64,000 nt of DNA from the IMG/VR virus record IMGVR_UViG_3300029374_000001, positions 64,001 through 128,000 of that record; one strand, 5' to 3'. Positions within the stretch are counted from its first letter, which is position 1. Every line of letters starts with the position of its first letter. A model generated the notes under the pieces. That model did no database searches. It was not told the DNA's origin and worked only from the letters and a program-made list of their open reading frames with translations. Source of the DNA: a virus. Positions 31,435 through 41,836 of this stretch are shown here, one piece after another. Both the position numbers and the translations under genes were made by a program.

Positions 31435-31537
31435 TCTCCTTATATAAAGAATTATTGAAATTACTAAAGTGTTTCAAAGCTAAAGAATGTTTATTTCCCA
31501 AGAGCATTATAGCTCTTGGGAAATAATTGATAGCATA

Positions 31538-32032
31538 TTAGTATTTCAGCAAATCTGCAATCTTAACATCTTCTCCCCAAACTTCTTGGAGATCTTCTAA
31601 AGTTAACGGAATAAAATCTTCTTTCTTCAGATAACCACTCATATCTAGTTTCTGAGTACCCAAGATTTCCCAATTATTATCTACAAAAATATATTCTGTA
31701 AATAAGTTATTGAGATGAGCATCTGGTCCTTTGAGCAAATATATTGTGTCTGTAGAAATATTTTCTGTAGGAAGCATATCTACCACTTTGAAAGAAAGCT
31801 TCGGAATTGTAGAAACTTTAGAATCTACATATGTTTTAATTCCTTCAGAAGTTACAGGATTCTTGCTGGATTCTGTCGGAACAGCATCAAATATAAGTTT
31901 ATCCTGTTTAGCTTCTAAATCTTCTTTTTTAACAAAATGATTCATAATTGTATCCAGTGTAGATTTAATATATGCTTTAATAATTTTAATATGAGCATTC
32001 AAAAGAACTTTATCAATTGTATAAGATTTCAT
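31538..32032 (-). CDS. small fibre-associated protein, paralogue of 33824..34114
   Basis: Shares the motif KQDKLIFDAVPTESSKNPVTSEGIKTY (compare KQNALSFDEAPTDNSDNPVKSKGIKAY in the paralogue). ATG 32032 with AAAGGAGA SD. Sits immediately upstream of an LRR fibre gene. Confidence 0.5.
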   Translation of the reverse strand: MKSYTIDKVLLNAHIKIIKAYIKSTLDTIMNHFVKKEDLEAKQDKLIFDAVPTESSKNPVTSEGIKTYVDSKVSTIPKLSFKVVDMLPTENISTDTIYLLKGPDAHLNNLFTEYIFVDNNWEILGTQKLDMSGYLKKEDFIPLTLEDLQEVWGEDVKIADLLKY

Positions 32033-32057
32033 TATATATAATTCTCCTTTATAAAAA

Positions 32058-33803
32058 TTAATCAAAATTTAATTTATAATCTGTTGGTTTAATATCAGAA
32101 GCTTCTATAACTTTGTATTCTAATTTAGTAACTTCAAATTCATGGAAATAATTGATCTGTTTAAAGGCTGGTAGAAGAGTTTCCGTACCATTTTTACATA
32201 CACCACACTGCGGTGCTTGAGAAGTTAAAATGGTATGAATAGAATAACTATTACCATTTGCTATCATTAGCATACATGCATGGTCGTATGTTCCGCTATT
32301 TATTAACGCCCACAATTGAGGGAATGATGTTCGCATTTGAGCACTATTCATAAAGAATACTTTAAGCATGTCCATTTGATCTTTAGATATTTTAATTACG
32401 CCAGCATCTCTATGATTCATGAGCACCAACGGAATTTCTAATTCATTAAACGTGTGATTATCTGCTTGATATGATGATGTGCCGGTTATTCTTAATTTAA
32501 TATATTTTCCATTTAATTCTTCCGTATCTAATCCAGTATATAGTGTATCATCGCTTAAAGTTAATGGTTTCCATTCACTTACAATTTCATTTTTTTTTAC
32601 ATCTACTGTACCATCACCAGGTTTAGTAATCGTATAATTAGAAATCAAATCAATTTCAATATGATATTGAGTATACTGAGTTTGATCAATCTGAGATTTA
32701 ATAGAATCTAATTTAGCCTGATCTCCAGGAATAAGAATCGTTACTGTATCAGTATTTTCAAATCTGCTAAACCAATTTACAAATCGGGAATTGGTTAATA
32801 ATTCCGTATTTTCGCTATTAAATACAATATATTTAAGTTTTGGACATTTGCAAATAGTATCACCATGCATACGATTAATGTCGATAATAAACGACCCACT
32901 TAAATCTAAAACTTCCAAATTATTACAATAATTAAGCATCCGATCATAAGATTCTAATAACGATACATTAAACGTAGACATATCAATAGATTTTAATGAA
33001 CTACAACCATCAAACATATCATCTATTTCTTTTACTTTAGACGTATTTAATCCAGACAAATCAATTTTTTCTAGCATACTACATCCACCAAACATATTCC
33101 TCATAGATACCACATCAGATGTATCTACTACTATTTTTGGAATAGTAGTTAATTGCCTACAAGATTGAAACATATTATTCATGGTCGGGTCAAGACCTTC
33201 GTATTTACCTATGGCTTTAATTGTTGGATTTGTAATAATATTTTTGGTAGTTTTAGTTAATTCTGTAAGATTCGAAAATTCATCTGGGTACCAATCACTC
33301 ATATAGTCCTCAAAAGAGATTCTTGTTGCTTTTGTACCTGGAGTAACTTCTGTAATATGAATATCTCCACCAATTAAATAATCGTTAATATAATTATTAT
33401 CTTTATCCATAGTTATATCGTCAAACATACCAGCATCAGAATGTAGTTTTGCAGACCCCACGTTATATCCTTCCATAGGTTTAAGTTCAATAATAAAACC
33501 AATCAGCCCATTACTGGCATACAAATGATCCGCGTTATCGATTGATTTATAAGGTGATGTATCTATTCCGCCACCATCCAACTGATATTTAATATACTGA
33601 CCATGCATATTTGCTTGATCTGTAATAATGCTATACTGTTTATTTCTCAGACTTTTTAAATCAACATCACCACCGCTACTAATACTTCTAATCTTAGCCG
33701 GCATATCTTTAGGCATAATCAGATCAGTTGTACTTGTCTTTTCTCTAATAGCGTCGCCGATGTTTGTTAAAGTCTGCTCTTTAATTAAAGCTAATTCACT
33801 CAT
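32058..33803 (-). CDS. fibre protein with BspA-type leucine-rich repeats (581 aa)
   Basis: AAAGGAGA SD 9 nt upstream of ATG 33803. Repeats of the type IDLSGLNTSKVKEIDDMFDGCSSLKSIDMSTFNVS. Confidence 0.75.
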   Translation of the reverse strand: MSELALIKEQTLTNIGDAIREKTSTTDLIMPKDMPAKIRSISSGGDVDLKSLRNKQYSIITDQANMHGQYIKYQLDGGGIDTSPYKSIDNADHLYASNGLIGFIIELKPMEGYNVGSAKLHSDAGMFDDITMDKDNNYINDYLIGGDIHITEVTPGTKATRISFEDYMSDWYPDEFSNLTELTKTTKNIITNPTIKAIGKYEGLDPTMNNMFQSCRQLTTIPKIVVDTSDVVSMRNMFGGCSMLEKIDLSGLNTSKVKEIDDMFDGCSSLKSIDMSTFNVSLLESYDRMLNYCNNLEVLDLSGSFIIDINRMHGDTICKCPKLKYIVFNSENTELLTNSRFVNWFSRFENTDTVTILIPGDQAKLDSIKSQIDQTQYTQYHIEIDLISNYTITKPGDGTVDVKKNEIVSEWKPLTLSDDTLYTGLDTEELNGKYIKLRITGTSSYQADNHTFNELEIPLVLMNHRDAGVIKISKDQMDMLKVFFMNSAQMRTSFPQLWALINSGTYDHACMLMIANGNSYSIHTILTSQAPQCGVCKNGTETLLPAFKQINYFHEFEVTKLEYKVIEASDIKPTDYKLNFD

Positions 33804-33823
33804 TGACCATAATCTCCTTTGAA

Positions 33824-34114
33824 TTAATAACCATGCTCTTCAGCATTTTTAATAGTCGCCAAAACGGCTGCAATTTTAGAATCTATTTCAGACCTACTAT
33901 ATGTATATGCTTTGATTCCCTTAGACTTTACAGGATTATCTGAGTTATCTGTAGGAGCTTCATCAAATGATAATGCATTCTGTTTTCCATTTAATAGTCC
34001 ATTAACTTCTGTTTTACTATACACTTCAGATAACTTATTTTTTACATATGTTTTAATTAAACGAACTCGTTCTTTCTCGAGTTCCTTACGTACCAAATAA
34101 TATTTTTCGGCCAT
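33824..34114 (-). CDS. small fibre-associated protein, paralogue of 31538..32032
   Basis: AAGGAGGA SD 7 nt upstream of ATG 34114; shared motif as above. Confidence 0.5.
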   Translation of the reverse strand: MAEKYYLVRKELEKERVRLIKTYVKNKLSEVYSKTEVNGLLNGKQNALSFDEAPTDNSDNPVKSKGIKAYTYSRSEIDSKIAAVLATIKNAEEHGY

Positions 34115-34222
34115 AAATAGTTCCTCCTTAAAATTACAACCAATTTTGATTTACTTTGATGTTGAACATCCAATTTATATATCCATCCCTAATATAGGGA
34201 TGGATATATAACTATAAATTTA

Positions 34223-37200
34223 TTAAATTTCTATTGCAGTACTTACTGTAATCGTCATATCTTTTAGTATATATCCAGTTTGATCCACATTCAGGATGCC
34301 TGCTTTATATCCTGGATCGGGTGTAACTGTAATAGTATATGGTGTTCCAGAGTCTGCCATAAATACAGTATCATAATCTGTAGAATTGCATTGTACAACA
34401 ATCGTCTGATTTGGCTGCTGTACAATTCTTACCATATAGCTTCTAAGTTCAGCATCTGTAGCACTTAGAGTAATATCAGATGTGATATTATTCACTTCAT
34501 TCATATTGATCATACCAGCAACATAATGATCATTGATCGGTTCTACACGAGCTGTTATATTAGCATGTACAGGAACTCTGAAGTTATCTGTGTATTCTTC
34601 ACCATTATAAGTGGCTACAATCTTCTGATGATCATATTTTGTAATCTTAATCAAAGGTTTATTGATGATTGCTGCTGTTGCTTCAATATCAATATCATCA
34701 GATACTATCAACGTATTAGATACATTCAGATTGCCTGGTCTATAATCTACTGATGTAGAAACTATAGATACAGTCAACTGGCTTCCATATGGTGCCATAA
34801 ATGAATTGGTATAATTGATATTGTTGTAACGTACTGTAATGGTCTGACGTGGTGATTGATGAATTCTGATATTAAACTTCTTGTAGGTTGCTGGTTCCGC
34901 TGTAATATTGATAGACTGAGTGATCGGATTAACCATATCAAAGCTAATTGTACCAGATTTACTAATATTAGGTTCTCCTGGCTGATATCCATGATCTCCA
35001 ATAACCTTAATATAATATCTGCTGCCATTCAGTATATTGGCTAATTCTTTAGTTTCTCCAGCCAATGCAGTGCCACTTACGCTACCAGCTGTAAACGTAA
35101 TTGATTCATGCTGCGGAGCTGTAAGACGTACAATATATTTGTTTGGCTTAGCTTCCATAGCAGTAATTTCCGTATCAGAAGTAATAACAAATGTCGGTTT
35201 GACTGGTCTTCCTGCACTATATCCTAATTCAGGAATTACTTTAACTTGTACCTTGCTATAGATAGTAGTTGTAAATTCTGTCGTATAATCATGACCATCA
35301 TGATAAGCATGAATTGTCTGATTAGGCGTCTGAATAATCTTAACTTTATATTTTCTTATAGCTGCTGGTGTTGTAGTAACCATAAAGATTCTACCAGGCA
35401 ATAAAGTTACATTGTTCATTTTACCCCTACTCGGTACATTTAAAGTTCCTGGCTTATACGCTGTAGCGGATGTAACCGAAATAATATAAGAAGCATCCAT
35501 CGGTACGGTTTCTTCTACAGTTGTTCCAGAGGTAGCAATGACGATCTTATCATCATAAATAAACCGAATTGTTTCATTCTCTGGAGCTACCAAACGTACT
35601 GTACATGTTTCTATAATAACTGGTTTAGCTGAAATCTTATAGCTCTTATCAATAGTGATATGCTCTTCTTTCTTATTAATCTCTACATCATTAACGATTA
35701 ACGTTGTATCTGTATGATATCCGGGATCTACGGTTACTTTGAAAGTAACCAAAGTTCCTGTAATAACTTCGAAAGAGCTATCTACACCCAAGACTTCATC
35801 ATCATGAGTAGCTGTAATATGCACATGTTTAGGACAGCTTACATAGACATATTCCATCTCTGGAACAGCATCCGTGGCATAGACTTCCATGTCTTCATCT
35901 TGAGCATATCCATATCTTCTATTTAATCTTCCTGGAGTATAACCCGGAACTTTATCTAAGAAAGCATAAAATTCTTCTCCATATTTCAAAGTAAAAGTAA
36001 TATACTCTTCTGTAGCTATAGCTGGTCTATCTAAAGTATATCTATAGAGCTTATTGTCTTTTAAATCTTTAGATTTAAATCCCGTAGGATGATTAGCATC
36101 TATTGGTATAAACCGGAAAGATTCATAAGACTTATCATCTTCCATAGTGAATCCTTGCCATGTGGTAGCTCCAGCATCTGTCTTATAAGTATACCAGTAA
36201 GTCACCAATTTCTTATTAGTAAATTGATCTGCTTTTCTAGCATTGATTTCACCAAATGATACATTGGTTGTGTATACTTGTCCAGTAGATGTATATACTT
36301 GTCCAGTAGATGTATATACAGTAATAATCTGATTCTTAGGAACTTTTACTTTAACTTTAATTGTATTGGTTGTAGGTAAGTTATGAGCTTTAGCATATGG
36401 AATATATTTAGGATTAATAGAATCTTCTATTGTTCTATGCTGTTCTATATACTCCTTAAATCCAAGATGATCATAATAATGAGTACTTACATCCATCGTT
36501 GTGGTTTCTCTGAATCTGCTAATGTATTCATGCTTATTCAATCTAACCATCGTATCTGCACAGTCTATATATTTCAGAGTATTCATATATGGATCAGTAG
36601 CATCGAAGATAATATAGTCACTCTTAGAACGTAATACAATCTTATAGGACTTGAAGAATGTAATAATGGTAAACAGCATATCCAAGAAGAAATTACCAGA
36701 GATTCCTGGTAAATGATCAAAGATATTTCTGAATAAATCAGAATTGATATATTCTTCCAGAATATATACAATATCCGAAATACGTTCAACAATCTTCTCA
36801 TTTCTCATTGTCTTATCGGAAATATTCTTAATCTGCATATAGTCAGTATACAATTCATGATCTTTATACTTTAAGAATTCTGATAAACTATTGGCAATAC
36901 GAGTTTTTCCATCTACCTTAATCTTATAGTAGTCAAAGGTTTGTCTATAAGTCATTAAAGAATCAAATAATTTCTTCCAGATCTTATAGATATCTACATT
37001 CTGAGATCTAAACATATTTGCCACAATAAACAGGTAGATGTCTTTATTAGAAACTTTCTTTTTACCTGTTCTAAACATGTCTGCAATTTCATTCATAGAT
37101 TCGAAGACATTATTTTCTCCAGGCTTAATATCAAATTTCCATACTTTCTTAGTTCTATTTTTAGGCAATCCTTCTGCTTTATTAGCAGAATAGATAAAGG

Positions 37201-40200
37201 TTGTATCAAAATTGTCTGGGTCTCTTCTTTGTTCCCAGATCCATTCTTTTAATTTACCCATATCTGCTTTAAAGTTAAATCCTCTTACATAGAGAATCTT
37301 ACCTAAAGTATTAATGATCGTATCTTCTACTCCAGAATACAAATAAGACAATGCATTCATATAAGTAAACAAATAAGCCACATTAAAACTCTTATAAGGT
37401 ACGATAGAAGGAACTTGTACTTTCAACTTATCTTCTTTGAAGACATCGTCAAAGAAAATATTGTAGAAATAGCAAATATTGAAAGTCATCTCGGCAATAT
37501 CAAACACATAGTTTAATCCAAAATACTTAGTTCTTTCATAATTAAACTTTTTAGCTAAGATTTCTCTCTTAATCTTCTGATGATAAGCTGCGGTATCGTC
37601 ACTATATCCTACACCATCCCAGAAAGAATCTTCTATAGTTACGGTATCATAAGATAAGACATTTGTTTTCTTGATAATATTCTTATTAAAATACTCATCC
37701 TCAATAGGAACACCAATAAACTTCATATCTATATCTTTGGTATAGTCTTCTTCTATCGTATCGAATACAAATCGCTCATTCTGTAGATAAACAAAATGGA
37801 AGATGATCTTTTTATCTTCATTATGCTTGCCTACATCTCTGAATGTGAAATATCCAGAAATGATATCATACTCATTACCAGGAATTAAAGTTCCGTCACT
37901 ATACGTTACATAGGTATACCACCCATTTTCTTCAAACTTATCGAATGGATATGGAACTTTAATCTGCAAATCATTATTAACATCATTGACTGCAATAGGA
38001 TTGCTGTGCTTAATATAAACAGCCGTTTCATTAACATCTTCGTATCTGTTATTATAAACCCAAATAATATTAATGGTATCATCTTTCTTAACAACATCTC
38101 CACCAGTCAGTGTTAGTTTAGTATTAGTCAATTTATAATCATTCGATAATAGATCTGAATTATGGAAAACTAATGCAGACTGTCCAGTTTCTACATAATT
38201 GATAAACGGAGCGGTAATATCAAATTCTGTCTGTCCTAACTTGTCAGCCACTACATGAGTTTGCTTTAGCTCAATCATATCTTTAGAGTAATTATTCATT
38301 ACATAAGTAATATTAACAGATTGATTCTTATATGGTCTCTTACTTGGATTAATAATGCTAATCAATCCAGTATTAGAGACAGTATAATCTACATCTTTTC
38401 TTAAATAATTACCCAAGATATCTACAATAATTGCATTTTTATTTTCAAAGAAATTAGATTCTGGAAGATTAGCTTGGAATTGTCTATTCTTCACTCTATC
38501 TTCATAAACAGGAACAATCTTTTCAGAAGAAATTCTAATATTAGAATTATCTGGACCACCTACATAAGTGACAACCATCTTCTGTCCTTTATGTAACCCA
38601 ATAGCCTGATCTCTAATCGTTAATGTATCATTATAGATATCATATAAATCGGAGCTCAGCATATTTGGCTGGTTTCTTAGTGTTACATAGGCTTTATAGC
38701 CAATCTTAAAGAAATTCTTAAAAGGAGGATGTAGTTTAAATGTAACTTGGAAACCTGTATTAGCTGTAAATGTTTCTGTAGAATCTACAATTTGAATATT
38801 ATTAATGACTGAAGTATGGGAATAAATAAAGTAAGGAACGATTTTCTTGTTCTTATATTTAGCCACATTAGTAAACTTAATCAACCCAGGTTTATCTGTT
38901 CGATTCAATATATAATCAGACTCTGGAATAATAGTAGGTCTGATATCAGTTGTCATCAGAATAACATCATTTTCTTTTTCAAAATATTTTAAGAAAGGAA
39001 TTTGGTTATTGATCTGACATTCTCCAGAACCTGTAACGACAGTAGGAGAACCCAATTTAAACTGTGATAATATTCCTTCTCCCCAGATATACGCAATGGT
39101 GGCTTCATTGCTAGCATTAAAATTGCTTTTCAAAGTGATAGTTGAATTGGCTGCATCTATCGTATATTTATCTTCGGGTACTGGAGTATTGTCAATTATC
39201 AACAAAATTTTATTTTCATCAGCAAAATAAGTTGGATTGAATCTTTTATAAGCATTTAGAGTCATCTTACCAGAAGTAGAAATAATACACTTTTCTACTT
39301 TGGTATGAATAGCATGCTTTGTATCTATATATGGCTTAACAAATTCTGTATTATAATAGAAGTCAATATCAATTGTTGCATTATTTAATCCAGATTTCTT
39401 AAATGTAATCTTTCCATTATTAATAGTATAATCATCACCCCATTTTAAAGGAGCATTCTTATACCATAAGAGCATCTGATTTGTATTCGAAGTAAAGTTA
39501 GTAATCTTAACTCCTTTAAACATTGGATAGGGAATTGGATATTCTTTACCAGTCATTACATTTTTAATAGACTGATGTTCACCTTTAATAATAGAATTCA
39601 GATTAGAAGACTTCTTCTGCATCTGATTATATATTAAATCTCCCCATCGATCTATATTACGATCTCTAAGTATAAAGTATTTGAATACTTGTATATTTTC
39701 TGCTCCAAATAGATCGATAATATTTAACATACCCTGTGCACAAGATTTATACCGAATCAGACTATTAATATTCTTACACATGCGCCACTGATATTTCAGA
39801 GGAATTGTATTATAATACGGAATACCATACATCTCGAAAATATACTGGACAAAACGTTTATCAAATATATCTCTCTTAATAATATCTTCATGCACATTGG
39901 CTAATATATCGGTAATGGTCATAATCATGATCATCATGCCCATAAAATTGGTATAATAGTCAGAACCAATTTTCAAAGCTTCGCTGTACAAAGTACTCAT
40001 TACATATAATCTGTTTTCTTCATACTTTGTTTCAAACTTTTCAGATACAACCCCATTATCATCAATCTTAGGAATATAAAGCAACTGATATTCATAAGCT
40101 TTTCTAACTTTATATGGAGTTAATCCACAAGCAATATAATCTAAATAATCCGCATCTGGGTAATCTATTTTAATCTGGTCAAGAATACCTTTATGCTCAA

Positions 40201-40903
40201 GATATAAAATCTGTTGATGAGATAACTCATGTACATACGTAATGCCTTCATTGTTAATAAACTCCTGTATTCCATTCACATCAAAATATTCATAGTCCAT
40301 AATCGGAATACCATAGTCTCCGATATTAGGAAGACCACAGAGTTTACGATAGTAGTTATTCTGTTCATTATAATCTCTAATGAATTTCTTAGCAGCTGCT
40401 TGTGTGGCACTGTCTCGTAAGCTGTAATAAGCAATAACTTTATTATCAGCATATTCTTTTACTTTGTAATCTCTGAATGCTTCTGCTTTAGAGCCTGTAG
40501 TAACTCTAAATGTATCTCCTATTTTATGAACTTTATTTACTTCATCCGGAAGCTTATACCCTATAATATGATCATGAGCATCTTTCACAGGATCCATAAA
40601 AATAGATTCTTTAACATCTGGTATATTATTGCGGTCTTCTATACATTTACCAATTCTGGAATCTCCAACCATACCGATGCTTTTTAAGATTTCTTCATCA
40701 TAATCAAACAATTCAAATATAGCATTGCCCTCAATGCAGGCAATTAATGCATCCCCATTGAGCATACTCTGTTTAGTTTCATTTTGTAATGCTTCTTCTT
40801 CATTCTTAATGACAGAGTTGAATGCCAATAACTTGGAATAATACAACAGATAATCTATAGCCGGATTAGCCGTATATGTCTTATTTATCGTTAGATTACT
40901 CAC
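34223..40903 (-). CDS. giant virion structural/fibre protein (2226 aa) with C-terminal Ig-like repeat modules shared with the other giant proteins
   Basis: GTG start at 40903 with AAAGGAG SD 10 nt upstream. C-terminal ~700 aa consist of repeats (K/R).Y.(V/I).(I/L)...P.(H/N)Q.I.V.YN...Y.......G..........GY.PG.LNV. Contains a 21-bp perfect tandem duplication at 36275..36316. Confidence 0.8.
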   Translation of the reverse strand: MSNLTINKTYTANPAIDYLLYYSKLLAFNSVIKNEEEALQNETKQSMLNGDALIACIEGNAIFELFDYDEEILKSIGMVGDSRIGKCIEDRNNIPDVKESIFMDPVKDAHDHIIGYKLPDEVNKVHKIGDTFRVTTGSKAEAFRDYKVKEYADNKVIAYYSLRDSATQAAAKKFIRDYNEQNNYYRKLCGLPNIGDYGIPIMDYEYFDVNGIQEFINNEGITYVHELSHQQILYLEHKGILDQIKIDYPDADYLDYIACGLTPYKVRKAYEYQLLYIPKIDDNGVVSEKFETKYEENRLYVMSTLYSEALKIGSDYYTNFMGMMIMIMTITDILANVHEDIIKRDIFDKRFVQYIFEMYGIPYYNTIPLKYQWRMCKNINSLIRYKSCAQGMLNIIDLFGAENIQVFKYFILRDRNIDRWGDLIYNQMQKKSSNLNSIIKGEHQSIKNVMTGKEYPIPYPMFKGVKITNFTSNTNQMLLWYKNAPLKWGDDYTINNGKITFKKSGLNNATIDIDFYYNTEFVKPYIDTKHAIHTKVEKCIISTSGKMTLNAYKRFNPTYFADENKILLIIDNTPVPEDKYTIDAANSTITLKSNFNASNEATIAYIWGEGILSQFKLGSPTVVTGSGECQINNQIPFLKYFEKENDVILMTTDIRPTIIPESDYILNRTDKPGLIKFTNVAKYKNKKIVPYFIYSHTSVINNIQIVDSTETFTANTGFQVTFKLHPPFKNFFKIGYKAYVTLRNQPNMLSSDLYDIYNDTLTIRDQAIGLHKGQKMVVTYVGGPDNSNIRISSEKIVPVYEDRVKNRQFQANLPESNFFENKNAIIVDILGNYLRKDVDYTVSNTGLISIINPSKRPYKNQSVNITYVMNNYSKDMIELKQTHVVADKLGQTEFDITAPFINYVETGQSALVFHNSDLLSNDYKLTNTKLTLTGGDVVKKDDTINIIWVYNNRYEDVNETAVYIKHSNPIAVNDVNNDLQIKVPYPFDKFEENGWYTYVTYSDGTLIPGNEYDIISGYFTFRDVGKHNEDKKIIFHFVYLQNERFVFDTIEEDYTKDIDMKFIGVPIEDEYFNKNIIKKTNVLSYDTVTIEDSFWDGVGYSDDTAAYHQKIKREILAKKFNYERTKYFGLNYVFDIAEMTFNICYFYNIFFDDVFKEDKLKVQVPSIVPYKSFNVAYLFTYMNALSYLYSGVEDTIINTLGKILYVRGFNFKADMGKLKEWIWEQRRDPDNFDTTFIYSANKAEGLPKNRTKKVWKFDIKPGENNVFESMNEIADMFRTGKKKVSNKDIYLFIVANMFRSQNVDIYKIWKKLFDSLMTYRQTFDYYKIKVDGKTRIANSLSEFLKYKDHELYTDYMQIKNISDKTMRNEKIVERISDIVYILEEYINSDLFRNIFDHLPGISGNFFLDMLFTIITFFKSYKIVLRSKSDYIIFDATDPYMNTLKYIDCADTMVRLNKHEYISRFRETTTMDVSTHYYDHLGFKEYIEQHRTIEDSINPKYIPYAKAHNLPTTNTIKVKVKVPKNQIITVYTSTGQVYTSTGQVYTTNVSFGEINARKADQFTNKKLVTYWYTYKTDAGATTWQGFTMEDDKSYESFRFIPIDANHPTGFKSKDLKDNKLYRYTLDRPAIATEEYITFTLKYGEEFYAFLDKVPGYTPGRLNRRYGYAQDEDMEVYATDAVPEMEYVYVSCPKHVHITATHDDEVLGVDSSFEVITGTLVTFKVTVDPGYHTDTTLIVNDVEINKKEEHITIDKSYKISAKPVIIETCTVRLVAPENETIRFIYDDKIVIATSGTTVEETVPMDASYIISVTSATAYKPGTLNVPSRGKMNNVTLLPGRIFMVTTTPAAIRKYKVKIIQTPNQTIHAYHDGHDYTTEFTTTIYSKVQVKVIPELGYSAGRPVKPTFVITSDTEITAMEAKPNKYIVRLTAPQHESITFTAGSVSGTALAGETKELANILNGSRYYIKVIGDHGYQPGEPNISKSGTISFDMVNPITQSINITAEPATYKKFNIRIHQSPRQTITVRYNNINYTNSFMAPYGSQLTVSIVSTSVDYRPGNLNVSNTLIVSDDIDIEATAAIINKPLIKITKYDHQKIVATYNGEEYTDNFRVPVHANITARVEPINDHYVAGMINMNEVNNITSDITLSATDAELRSYMVRIVQQPNQTIVVQCNSTDYDTVFMADSGTPYTITVTPDPGYKAGILNVDQTGYILKDMTITVSTAIEI

Positions 40904-41018
40904 TTAGAATGCTCCTTTCCTTACCCTTTGGATTATATTATTACTATGTAGTCAACCTCAAATTCTCATATTTATATTGATTCTAAGCCGTCATCTTAGG
41001 ACATTATATTAAATTATA

Positions 41019-41750
41019 ATGAAAGGAATATATGGAAATATGAACTCGAATATAGAATCGATTCTAGTAGAAAAAGAATTTCCTAACGTATTCTCATACG
41101 GCGGATTTAATCCTACCTTAGAATCTCCATCCTCTCCATTTTCCATATCATTTGCTCAAACAAAAGAAACTCTACAAGATGTAGATGTATATAGAAACTT
41201 TTTATATTCAGCGATTACCAGAGTAAGAACTTCTAATTTTTATAGACACTATAAAGCTCATCTGATTCAGATGGGTGTTAATCGCTGTCAATTGCATCCT
41301 CATATTACCGTTTCTTCTGATGGAGAAGATGATGTGGCTACTATAGAATTACATCACCATGTTTTGACTATATTTGATATAGCCTTAGTGATTACAGAAC
41401 ACATCTTAAATACATATGGATCTTTATCCAGTTTTGATTTATCAGAATTAATCAAAATGGAACATATGAATCATAATGTTGGTACAGTTATGCTGTGTAA
41501 AACATGCCATCAATTATATCATAACAATGAAAACTTTAAAGTTCCCTCTACATTAGGATTTGGTAAATGGTGGGAATTATTACAGAAATATAAATATGGG
41601 ATCACTAGAGATTTGGCTATTAAGATTTATTACATGTTAAAGAATGATCTTAAGAACGCTGATGATCGAGATCAAAAAATAAAAGAAATGTTAAAGATCA
41701 GAGACCAGATCATAGATTGGTCTTCTTATAATGAAACTTACTTTAATTAA
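41019..41750 (+). CDS. hypothetical protein with HNH-nuclease-like motif (IELHHHV...N...LCKTCHQLYH)
   Basis: ORF track; AAAGGAATAT SD-like upstream. The His-His...Asn...CxxC-His arrangement resembles an HNH core but lacks the first Cys pair. Confidence 0.4.
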   Translation: MKGIYGNMNSNIESILVEKEFPNVFSYGGFNPTLESPSSPFSISFAQTKETLQDVDVYRNFLYSAITRVRTSNFYRHYKAHLIQMGVNRCQLHPHITVSSDGEDDVATIELHHHVLTIFDIALVITEHILNTYGSLSSFDLSELIKMEHMNHNVGTVMLCKTCHQLYHNNENFKVPSTLGFGKWWELLQKYKYGITRDLAIKIYYMLKNDLKNADDRDQKIKEMLKIRDQIIDWSSYNETYFN

Positions 41751-41836
41751 ATGAGAATCTCAGTACTATATAGTACTGAGATCTTGTTTGTAATATAGTC
41801 CTATACATCTCTATAATATATAAGGAGGTTTTATAT

